Below are positions 1-10,882 of a stretch of 64,000 bases of DNA, piece after piece. This DNA comes from Cetorhinus maximus (Eukaryota), in assembly GCF_964194155.1 (NCBI RefSeq), contig NC_135890.1, positions 23,684,001-23,748,000 on the forward strand, in the 5' to 3' direction. Every line of letters starts with the position of its first letter. Position 1 is the first letter of the stretch. The notes below the pieces were generated by a model. It saw only the letters and a program-made list of their open reading frames with translations, did no database searches and was not told where the DNA came from. The translations under genes and the position numbers were made by a program.

Positions 1-93
1 GCAAGCGACAGGGAGGTCTGGGTAATGCTTGCGGACAAACTAAAGGTGTTCTGCAAAGCGGTCACCCAGTCTGCGTTTGGTCTCTCCAATGTA
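1..93 (-). mobile_element. Penelope-like element GIY-YIG fragment
   Basis: Nearly identical to 46699-46790 of the large PLE; minus strand encodes [16 protein letters not shown]. Confidence 0.85.
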
Positions 94-526
94 AAGTCTC
101 AGTATCCCTGAGCTGGGGAGGTTGGGCAGTAGAATTATTCAAGGATCCTGTCCTTAATCACTGGGCTGTGAAAGTTAAACAAAGATAAAACAAAGCTCAG
201 CTGTGATTCTTCCTTCCGTACGCAAGGGACCAGCAGGTGGCTGGCACCTACAGAACTGCAGGAGGCAGCACCTTCCGGGCCACACAATTAACAATCTAAA
301 TTAGTGTGAAAATAACCACTGAGATCTCTGTAACATGCACCTGGTGAAATGCACCACGCTTAATTTGCATGAATTAGAGTGAAATACCAGATTGGTCTGT
401 CAATCCCCAAATACACTCAACATAAGAAGAAAAGCAGCAACAACCCTCGCAAAGGGATTGCTGCACTCCTCAGCCCTAAACTTGAAGAAAAAAGCTATAT
501 CAAGTTCTTTAGAGTAGCATACTTAC

Positions 527-613
527 CCCCTTCATCCAAAAAGTTTAATACTGGAATTGGAGCCTGACAGTCACTGCTATCCATCCCCACGTCCTCCGGA
601 ACATTCTGTAGAC
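527..613 (-). CDS. NCAPH2: NCAPH2 coding exon 8
   Basis: ttgcag|GT+[28 protein letters not shown]+G|gtaagt, 87 nt; phase fits exon 7. Confidence 0.8.
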
Positions 614-3600
614 CTGCAACGTAAGGCACAGTGTAATAATCACATTCCTGCTGTGTAACCTGCCTGTGCCCACATCACATGCTCCACACAGCCTTCTGTG
701 CACTCAGCAAGCACTAGCATTAATCTCAGGAGACATCTGGCCTCCTTATAATTACTGACTTCATAGACTGATACAGCAAAGGAGACTATTCAGTCCATCG
801 TGCCTATGTCAGCTCTTTGAAAGAGCTATCGATTAGTCCCACACCCCCTGCTCTTTTCCCTTAGCACTGCAAATTTCTCTTTTCAGTTATTAATTTATTA
901 ATCCAATTCTTTTTTTGAGAGTTATTAAATTTATTTCCATTCACCCTTTCAGGTGGTGCATTCAAGATTACAACACTGTGAAAAAGAATGTCCTCTCAGC
1001 TCCCCTTGTTTTTTTTGCCAATTACCTTCAACCTGTGTCTTCTGGCTACTGACCCTATTGCTACTGGAAATAGTTTCTATAGACTCTACCCAAACGCTTC
1101 ATAATTTTCAACACCTCAATTAAATCTCCCCTTAACCTCTCTGCTCATCAAACAACTCCAGCTTCTCCAGTCTCACCACATTACTCATGCTCTTCATCCC
1201 TGGTACAATTCTAGCAAATCTCTTCTGCAATAAGAATGACCCCATGCAACTGACATCCTGCCTAAAAAAAGAAGTTCCATTTATGTAACTCTTTTAAAAT
1301 CGGAAAACATCTAAGAACTCTTCACAAGAACATTACCAACATTTGACAGAGGCACAGAAGCAGATATTAGAACAGATGACCAAAAGCTTGGTCAAAGACG
1401 TAGGCTTTCATGAGTACTTTAAATGCAGGAGAGAGAGGCATAGAGGGAGGTGGAGTTTCAGAACTTAAGAGTCTAGGCAACTAAAAGTACAGATGCCAAT
1501 GTGGAGCTATTAAAACTGGAGACATGAATTCAAGCAGTACAGAAACCACAGGGTTGGGCTGGTGGAGACTACAGAGATGTGAAGAGGCAAGGTGGGGATC
1601 TGAAAAACATGGAAGAGAATTTTAAAATTGAAGCGGTGGCAGATTGGAAACAAGTGTAGGTCAGTGAACAGTAGGGTAATTAATGGTTGAAAAGGACTAG
1701 ATACAAGTTAAGATGCAACAGCAGAATTTTGAATGACCGTAAGATAACACAGGGTGGAAAACGAGAGAACATTCAGGAGAACGTTGGAGTGGTGAAGTTT
1801 AGAAATATTTTCTTTTATTCATTCATGGAATGTGGGCATTGCTGGCTAGGCCAGCATTTACTGCCCATCCCTAATTGCCCTTGTTCAGGGGGCATTCAAA
1901 AGTTAACCACATTGCTGTGGGTCTGGAGTCACATGTAGGCCAGACCGGGTAAGAGCAGCAGATTTCTTTCTCTAAAGGACAACAGTGAACCAGGTGGATT
2001 TTTACGACAACCGACAATGGTTTCATGGTCATCATTGGACTTTTAACTCCAGGTTTTTATTGAATTCAAATTCCACCATCTGCCGTGGTGGGATTCAAAC
2101 CCGAGTCCCCAGAGCATTGCCCTGGGTCTCTGGATTACCAGGCCAGCCAATACCACTACGCCACCGCCTCCCTATAATAAAGACCTGATGAGGTTTTCAG
2201 CAGATAAGCTAAGACAGGGTCAGAGTCGGGCAATGTGACGAATTTGGAAATAGACAGTCTTGTTGAATGTAGTCAGAAGCTCCATCTGAATCAAAGTACC
2301 ATGGTTTAAATGGTCTGCTTCAGCTAGTTGCCAGGAAGGAGTATAGTGGCCATGGAACAAGAAACAATGGCTACTATCTTCCTAATATTTAGTTGGAGAA
2401 AATTTCTACTTACCCTATAATGGATGTGAGACAAGCAATCTGACAAATCAGGGGCAGTGAAGGGGTCAAGAGAAGTGGTCAGAAGGGTCAAAGGTGATCC
2501 CAGGTGTCAGGAATTTTAATTCTGAGAAAGTCAGACTGGATTTCATTACAACAGTGGAGATTTTTTAAATCATACAGAAGCGTTAACATTTAACAGCACA
2601 GGCCAATTGGCTCATTGTGCTTGTTCTGGATCTGTTAGATAAATCATAAACTAATCCCACTGCCCCATTCTGTTCCCCCAAACCCACTTTTAATCCCAAA
2701 CTAATCCTACTCCTTGCTCTCTCCCAACAGTCCTGTATTAATCCTAAACTAAACCCACTGCCTCACTCTTCACCCCCTTCATAGCCCTGTATCAATCCCA
2801 AACCATTCCCACTGTTCCACTCAGTCCTTTTCTTTGTAACTTCCTCTGCTTAAAAAATTAAACCACTTTTTCTTTAAAAGATGAAATGGTCTGTCTCAAC
2901 GAATCCCAACAGCAAATCATTCCATGCTACTACAACACTCAGTGTTCAGCATGGTGCAAGGTTCAAATCACAGGTGACAAGTTGAATAAAGAAGAGATTA
3001 TAGCGTTCAAGCACAATAAATAACATTCAACACTTGAGTCAGCAGCAAGCCACACACTCATGGAACAGGAGCTGTCCAATCAGACAATAATCAAGCTAGA
3101 GGTACAAAACAGTCCTGGAATCAGTGACACACTCAGACTCACTCTCAGCAAGAGGTTGCAACATGACAATGGGTAAACTGTTCACTGGCACACAGTTAAT
3201 TACCGTTTCTATTGTGCTCTGCATTGTCCTGCTGTTGCCTGTTCAGATAGCTCATCGGTGACACATTGGCAAGTTCCAACATGAAGGCACCTGTGGCGTG
3301 AGGGGTACAAGTATTCATTCGGAAATCCTTGCGGCTGCCCAGGATCTCTCCTCTCCGGCTACAGCAAAACAGAAAGCCTGTTAGGTTGGTAACTGAGGAT
3401 TGTTTTCTTGGGCTTCCTGAGCATTTGAGTATGATCTGACCATTCACTTGGTCTTCAAACACTTCATGCATTAAATGATGCCAAACTTAAGAGGTGTGGC
3501 AGATAGTGAGGATGATACCAGTCAACTGCAACAGAACAAAGATAGGCTAGCAGAGAGCAGACAAGTGGCAGATAGAATTTAACACAGAAGTGTGATGTAG

Positions 3601-6600
3601 TGCATTTTGGCAAAAAGGATAGGGAGAAGCAACATAGACTTAATGGCACACTTCTAAAGTGTGTGCAGGAGCAGAGGAACCTTGGGGGTTCATGTGCATA
3701 GATGTTTGCAGGTGGGAGGACATAGAGTGTAGTTATCAAAACAAATAGGATCTTGTGCTTCATAAATAGAGGCATTGAGTGCAAAAACTGGGAATTTCTG
3801 CTGAACCTCTATAAAGTTCTGGTCAGCCCGCAATTAGAGTATTGCGTATAGCTCTGGTTTTCACACTTTAGGACAGATGAGACCATGTAAAGGAGATTTA
3901 CGAGAATGGTTCCAAGAATAAGAGATTTTAGCTGCAAGGCTAAATTGGAGAAGCTGGGGTTATTTTCCTTGGAGCAAAGGAGACTGAGGGGAGATATGAT
4001 TGAGGTGTACAAGATTATGACAGGTTTATAAAATGAACAAAGAAAAGCTGTTCCTATTAGTTGATGGTACAAGGACTAGGGCACACAGATTCAAGGTTTT
4101 GGAAAAGCCATACAGTGGTGAACATTCGTGTTTTTCTCTAAAGCTTCCACATTCCCGCCCATCCCTGCCCCTCCCCAAGCCCCTTGTCATCTTCCTTGCT
4201 GAGATCTAGTTCCATGGCTCTCTACCTCTGGAACAAAGGGGAAGGCAGACAGTATCAACACCATGACCAAACGTGGAGGGATGACACCCAATCCTTATCC
4301 TTCCCTCGTACAACATTCACGCCTTTGATAGATCATCAGGTGGGTGTGCTGTTCTTGCTCCTTCTAATTAACCATTAAATGCAGTAAAGATCAGCACAGA
4401 AGATAACCTGCAACCTTCCTACACCATGTGACTCAGTATTATGCCAGTCAACAGGTGGTCACCTGCTTCTAGCTCCTTGCATTCAGCCTCAGAGCTCCTC
4501 AACAACTACATCTCACCTGGCTATTGGACATTCAAGGTGGATGCATCCCGAATTCAGGAAATTTACTATTCTCATCAAAGTGTAAGGTGTCAGTGCTGGT
4601 ACCCCTTCACGCCACAGGCGCCTTCATGAAGTAAGCTTCAGCCTGGGATCCAATATCAGGATCAAACACTCCCAGGGTATGTACAGCACAGGTTGGATAG
4701 AGTAGGCTCCCTCTACGCTGTCCCATCAAACACTTCCAGGGCAGGTATACCATTGGTTAGATACAAAGTGAAGTCTCAAATAACTAATTTCAGACTCAGA
4801 AGCACATCTTATTGTAGGAATGTGACAACTCCATTTCTCCAGCCAATTAATTGCTAATTTAGTATCAAGTGGCCGCGCATTATTCAGTATGTTGCAGTGA
4901 ACTAAACTCCACCAGCAACTGCAATAAAGCTGCTTGAAACTTTGAGAATCCTTACGGCTGGCAGCTAGGAAGACTTTCACACTATCCCTTTGGGGCACAC
5001 CGATTGGGTCTTCCACAGTCTACCTGCAGCCCACTGACTGGGTGTCTGCCTCAATTTGCCTTGTGTGTGTGTGTGGCAGCAAATTCCATACCTGAAGAGC
5101 GGGTTGTTCTTTTTCTCAATTTCTTCTAATGGTACTAGTGCCATTGGCGTTAGTGGGATAATGTTTACAACCTGAAGTATCAAGAGAAGCAAACACAGCG
5201 CAGTCAGAGAAGTCAGGTTCTACCACTCCCTCTCCCATCTTAGTTCTCTGCAACCCCCGCACCTCAGTCCAACATGACCTCAAAAATGTACTTCCCCACC
5301 TGAATTTATTCATCTTTCAATACTGCTCTGCTACCATTCAAATACCCAAATGCCACCTTTTTTATTTCACCTTGGTCCTGCTCCCAGCCTCCATACTCAT
5401 CCCAGCCCATCCCTTGAGCGCCTCTTACAAGCTCCCTGTCTCTTGCAGATTCTTCTGGCTAGCCCTCGCTGCCTGGCCTTGCCCGAGAGCTTTAGTCTCT
5501 TGACAGCTCCCCTTTTCACCACAGGCAAATTGTCCATCCTGCTTTGGATCAGGTTCCCCCTTCCTTTGTTTTTAATTCTTACTCTCTTCTGGTCCATACC
5601 CACCAGCCTGGTGTTGAACTCCAGCCCTCACTCAGTGTAGTGAAGATTGCAGTGAGTTGTGTGGGGGTGGGGGATGATAACCTATTATGCTATGAGAGCA
5701 CCAACTTGCACTGTCAAAAATCTGAGGAATCGCAAATAAGGATTACGTACATTTGAACTGTGATTCTTCTGCAAATCAATGTTGGTTTTTGATGGACACT
5801 CAATATCATCAAGAGACAAAAACTGGAAAACAAAGATTTCAGAGGTTAGTGACATCCGACGTAGAAAGATAGAAGATCCAGGCCAGCCAATATTTTACAA
5901 TAGCAGTAGCACACACCAGAGCAGTGACTGTTACAGTGCTGGAACTAGAGGGCATATTAGGCATGAACAGTATGACACATAGCTACATAGCCTCATGGAG
6001 CACAGCCCAGCACAGGTCCCAAGGAGATACATTTACAATCCTATTTTTACAACTTCAAAAGAATAAAATTTGTTCATTTCAACCATCCAAAGTAATTAAC
6101 CCCCCTTAGTTTCAGGTTCATTTTAATGTCACCTTATATATCCCTGGTTCTCCCCAACACCAGTGTTCAATATCGGGACAACTGCTTTGATCTCATGGAA
6201 CAGCTTGCCAAAATAACAGTCACAGCACTTATATATTCTAAATTGTTGGCAATATGCAAACGCAAGATTTTTATTATTTTACTTCAATCATTTACATCTA
6301 ATTAATTTCACAGAGTTAATGAACAGTAAATCCCGAGTCATTGCTCCTTACTTCCCAATCAGCCTTGTCATTAGCCAAAGATACGTCATTATCTGTACCA
6401 TCTTCCCCAATAGATGTAACCTTTTGATTCCGCCTAAAATAGCAAATATAAAAATTACATTTAAAGCAGTTTCTGCAACCAGAACATCATTGTAAAAAGC
6501 ATTTTTACTTAGGAGAGAAAAGAGAGATCAACCCTCTCCAATTGAACAACCTTCCACATCTGGTGATAACATAGACTCTTACTCAGTGTTACAGTTCCAT

Positions 6601-9600
6601 AGTAACACAGACTGCATTGGGTGTCATAGTCCCATCAAAGCACAGACTGTTAGTGGGTATCACAACCCATTGTAGCACATACTGTTACTGGGTGTAATGT
6701 TCCTGTTATAGCAAACAGCCCATTACCAAGTGCAATATTCTTGTAATAACACAGCCAGCTACTGACTGTAACACTCCTGTAATTACATTATTGGAGAGTA
6801 ATGTTTCTGTACTAGCACAGCATGTTATTGAGTCTGATGCTCTTACACTAATTTAGTGTTTACATGGATAATCCTGCAATGAAACAATGTACTGCTGGAT
6901 ATAGTATGTGTATATATAACCAGCTTGTACAGAAATATTACAAAATACTGTTCCACTAGGTGTAATACTCTGATATCAACACAACCCTTCTGTATATACA
7001 ATATAATACACCATCCAGTACTGCCTTATGTTTATAGGGTATTTGGTATAAACTTCCTTTTTTTTTTATTCTGGGCAGTTGCCCTCGAGAAGATGGTGGT
7101 GAATTGCCTTCTTGAACTGCTGCAGTCCTTGTGGGGTAGGTACACCCACAGTGCTGTTAAGGAGAGAGTTCCAGGATTTTGACCCAGCAACAGTGAAGGA
7201 ACGGCGATATATTTCCAAGTCAGGGTGGTGATTGACTTGGCAGGGAGCTTCCAGGTGGCGGTGTTCCCATGTCCTGCTGCCCTTGTCTTTCTAGATGGTC
7301 ATGGGTTTGGAAGGTGCTGTTTAAGGAGGCTTGGTGAGTTCCTGCAAAACATCTTGTAGATGGTACACACTGATGCCACTGAAGGCATTAATTCATGGTC
7401 AATGCTGCTTTGTTATTGCAAGTATTATTTACTTTTTGTTGGAGATCAAGTCCAGAGCCTGGTACACCAAAGAATGCAGATATTCCACCTATGGAGAAAG
7501 GAAAAACATCCTCACACCCTATTCGTTCTCATCAATCCCAACAGGGCAGTCAGCAGCAACTTGGAGAATTCCTGAGCTAACATCAGACCAACACCCATGA
7601 CACACTTAGACCAGATACCTTTCCAAACTTTGCATCAAATACCTCCATTTTGAAAGTTTAATTTTTCCGCTCATTAAGCATATTTCATCAACTTAATAAA
7701 TATTAAAAGGACCAAGAATGAAGGAGGATCAGTTCCCAGACACTCCCAAACCAAACCAAACCAAACCAAGCCAGCACTGCACCCATCCTGTCCCAACCTT
7801 CCTTCCTAGATATGCATGCCCCTCCTCCCGTACCAGGTCCACCCGTCTCCGCATCCAGCCAGTCCCACACATTCCAAATATTACCCCATCCACCAGAGGA
7901 GGCTGGAATGAACAGACCTTCCTGCTGTAAATACATGCTGAGCCTTGGATCAAAAGAGCAGCTTCAGCAAAGTTCATTGTCGTCTTCCCATCATCGAAGG
8001 AAATGCAGATCTGGTCCAACTGGAAGACAGAGAGAAAGAGATTGCCCCGAAGGTTACACGCTGCAGTTGTAGCCACATGGACAGAAAGTCAGTTGGCAGA
8101 CAGGAAACAGGGTCGGGTTAAATAGATGTTGCTCAGGTTGGAGGAGGGTTGGAACTGGGGTATCCCAGGGCCTGCTCCACGGGACAGAGTTTGGAAGGGG
8201 GATACCCCAGGGGTCCGTTCCACAGGCAGAGATTTAGAGGATTAGAATTTAGATAAATGCAGCACAAATTTGCAGACGATACAAGTGAGTAGTCTGGCCA
8301 ACAGTCAGGGGAGTTGGTCACAACTGAAATTGCCGGGGTTCAAAATAAGATTTGCAACAAAATAAAAACAAAAAAAAATCTACATGTCTTACAGTAAAAT
8401 TAATTTTAACTGAATAAACTGACTTGAATACCTTTTGAGGACTGTTGAAATTTTTACAGAAGCCTATGTTTTGGATATTTTTTCCCACAGCTATTTGTTG
8501 AAGAATATGCCAAACGCTTCAACCCTAAATTAATCTGTTCTGCACTAAAAACATTTGTACCCTAAACAGTCTGTGATAGACACATTCAAAAGTTTCAAAT
8601 TGATAGGCAGAAACTTTAGGTTAAATCTGGGGTTGGGAGGAGTGCGCTTGGAATCTACCTATGCATTAACTGAAACAGAGTCAGTTTGGTACAAAAATGC
8701 CTTGTCACTCAAGAGGTGAAACAATAAAGTTTGGGAACGTTTGATTTGAGATTTTACATGATTGATGGATTTTTTTTTATTATTCATCCACAGAATGTGA
8801 GCCAGCAGTTATTGCCCTTGAGAAGGTGGTGGTGAGCTGCCTTCTTAAACCGCTGTGTAGGTACACCTATAATGCTGTTAGGGAGGGAGCTTCAGGATTT
8901 TGACCAGCAACAGTGAAGGAACAGCAATATATTTCCAAGTCAGGATGGTGAGTGGCTTGGAGAGGAACTTCCAGGTGGTGGTGTTCCCATGTGTCTGCTG
9001 CCCTTATCCTTCTCAATGATAGTGGTTTGGAAGGAGCTTTGGTGAGTTTCTGCAGTGCATCTTGTAGATGGTACACACTGCTGCCACTGTTTCTCAGTGG
9101 TGGAGGGAGTGAATGTTTGTGGAAGGGGTGCCAATCAAGCTTCTGGAGTGTTGTTGGAGCTGCACTCATCCAGGCAAGTGAAGAGTATTCCTTCACACTC
9201 CTGACTTGTTCCTTGTAGATGGTGGACAGGTTTTGGGGAGTCAGGAAATGAGTTACTCACCACAGGATTCCTAGTCTCTGACCTGCTCTTGTAGCTACAG
9301 TATTTATATGGCTAGTGCAGTTCAGTTTCTGATCAATGGTAACTCCCAGGATGTTGATAGTGGGGGATTCAGCGATGGTGATGCCATTGAATGTCAGACC
9401 ATAAGACGTAGGAGCAGAAATTAGGCCATTCGGCCCATCGAGTCTGCTCCGCCATTCAATCATGGCTGATAAGTTTCTCAACCCCATTCTCCTACCTTCT
9501 CCCCGTAACCTTTGATCCCCTTACCAATCAAGAACCTATCTATCTCAGTCTTAAATACACTCAATGACTTGGCCTCCACAGCCTTCTGTGGCAATGAGTT

Positions 9601-10775
9601 CCATAGTCAGGGGGCGATAGTTATACTCTCTCTTGTTGGAGATGGTCATTCCTTGGCACTTGTGTGGCGTGAATGTTACTTGCCACTTGTCAGCTTAAGC
9701 CTTGATATTGGCCATGTCTCACTGCATTCGGACATGGACTGTTTCAGTATCTGAGGAGCCGCGAATGGTGCTGAACATAATGCAATCATCAGCAAATATC
9801 CCCACTTCTGGCCTTATGATGGAAGGTCATTGATGAAGCAGTTGAAGATGGTTGGGCCGAGGACACTATCCTGAGGAACTTCTGCAGTGATGTCCTTGAA
9901 CTGAGATAATTGACCTCCAACAACTACACCCATCTTCCTTTCTGCTAGGTATGACTCCAACCAGTGGAGAGTTTCCCCCCATCCCCCCAATTCCTAATGA
10001 CTTGAGTTTTGCTAGGGCTCCTTGATGCCACACTCGGTCAAATGCTGTCTTTGGTCAAGGGCAGTCACTCTCACCTCAGAGTTCAGCTCTTTTGACTATG
10101 TTTGAACAAGGGCTGTAAGGAGGTCAGAAGCTCATTGGCCCTGGCCAAACCCAAACTGAGCGTCAGTGAGGAGGTTATTGCTAAGCAAGCGCCACTTGAT
10201 AACACTGTTGATGACCCGTTCCACCACTTTACTGATGATCGAGAGTAGACTGATGGCATGGTAACTGGTTGGGTTGGATCTGTCCTGCTTTTTGTGTACA
10301 GGACATACCTGGGCAATTTTCCACATTGCTGGGTGAATGCCAGTGTTGTAGCTGCATGGAACAGCTTGGCTAGGGGCACAACAAGTTCTGCAGCACAAGT
10401 CTTCAGTACTATTGCCAGAATATTGTCAGGGCCCATAACCTTTGCAGTATCCAATGTCTTCAGCCGTTTCTTGATATCACGTGGAGTGAATTGAATTGGC
10501 TGAAGACTGGCATCTGTGATGCTGGGGACCTCTGAAGGGTGTCCAAAGAGGAGACAAAAAAAGGCAAGAGCAAGGAAGAAAGAATTGAGGAGACGGAGAT
10601 AAACAAAAGGCAGTGAATCATGTCACAGGAGAACAAGTAATCTTCAGTAATACAAAGACCTCACCTCTTCCAGATACTCCCCCAATTGAGCTGCCACATC
10701 AATCTCCCAGTTCTTCGTCAACTCTCTAATGGGCTGAAGAAGATGTGTGAATCGTGTCTCAACGTCTTCCATCAT
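527..10775 (-). CDS. NCAPH2: Condensin-2 complex subunit H2 (kleisin beta), 5' part; 8 coding exons, gene continues beyond the left edge
   Basis: Spliced translation (M)[88 protein letters not shown]... matches the vertebrate NCAPH2 N-terminus; all introns GT-AG with compatible phases. Confidence 0.97.
761..1230 (-). mobile_element. CR1-like LINE 3' fragment
   Basis: Reverse complement resembles the CR1 ORF2 C-terminus and 3' UTR of the plus-strand copies at 53200-54400. Confidence 0.65.
1275..2480 (-). mobile_element. Decayed L2-like LINE 3' region interrupted by a SINE
   Basis: Similar to 63470-64000 (gatgaccaaaagcttggtcaaag...). Confidence 0.5.
1810..2172 (-). mobile_element. tRNA-derived SINE with a LINE-derived tail
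   Basis: Minus strand A box TGGCGTAGTGG and B box GGTTTGAATCC; tail matches the LINE 3' ends at ~20485 and ~41005; second copy at 41581-41898. Confidence 0.8.
3204..3358 (-). CDS. NCAPH2: NCAPH2 coding exon 7
   Basis: ctgtag|C+[35 protein letters not shown]...HNRN+G|gtaatt, 155 nt. Confidence 0.93.
3465..4120 (+). mobile_element. CR1-like LINE ORF2 3' fragment
   Basis: Decayed [14 protein letters not shown] and [22 protein letters not shown] motifs. Confidence 0.8.
4661..4773 (+). repeat. ~67-bp dispersed tandem repeat, ~1.7 units
   Basis: ATCAAACACTCCCAGGG...TACAGCAC.GGTT.GATA.AGAGTA..CTCCCTCTAC.CTGTCCC; also at 29434, 34372, 35395 (minus) and 62525. Confidence 0.8.
5092..5171 (-). CDS. 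NCAPH2: NCAPH2 coding exon 6
   Basis: cttcag|[26 protein letters not shown]+AG|gtatgg, 80 nt. Confidence 0.93.
5751..5822 (-). CDS. NCAPH2: NCAPH2 coding exon 5
   Basis: ttccag|[24 protein letters not shown]|gtacgt, 72 nt, conserved FLSLDD. Confidence 0.92.
6352..6433 (-). CDS. NCAPH2: NCAPH2 coding exon 4
   Basis: ttttag|G+[27 protein letters not shown]|gtaagg, 82 nt, phase fits neighbours. Confidence 0.88.
7055..7385 (-). mobile_element. L2/CR1-group LINE 3' fragment
   Basis: Same family as 8770-10535, 20480-21315 and 41005-42290. Confidence 0.75.
7433..7488 (-). CDS. NCAPH2: NCAPH2 coding exon 3
   Basis: ccatag|[18 protein letters not shown]+AA|gtaaat, 56 nt. Confidence 0.93.
7918..8019 (-). 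CDS. NCAPH2: NCAPH2 coding exon 2
   Basis: ttccag|[34 protein letters not shown]|gtctgt, 102 nt. Confidence 0.95.
8770..10535 (-). mobile_element. L2/CR1-group LINE RT region and 3' end, with a nested CR1 3' end at ~9397-9605
   Basis: Frameshifted RT segments [47 protein letters not shown]. Confidence 0.85.
10665..10775 (-). CDS. NCAPH2: NCAPH2 coding exon 1 (tandem ATG at 10775 and 10772)
   Basis: [37 protein letters not shown], donor GAG|gtgagg; preceded by a pyrimidine tract and AG (10793-10794 or 10786-10787). Confidence 0.95.
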
Positions 10776-10848
10776 TAACTTAGCACTGAACCCTTGAGAC
10801 AAGGAATTAAGACAGAAAAACTCAACAGAGTGTGGAGAGAAAAACAGA

Positions 10849-10882
10849 GTTAATGTTTCAGGTCAACGACTTTCATCAGAAC
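10849..10882 (-). ncRNA. Minimal hammerhead-ribozyme-like motif in a PLE remnant
   Basis: Minus strand GTT-CTGATGA-AAGTCGTTGACCT-GAAA-CATT-AAC. Confidence 0.5.

Noticed and set aside
2085-2172. tRNA gene (also ~31100-31163)
   Set aside because: The A and B boxes belong to SINE heads; no full cloverleaf
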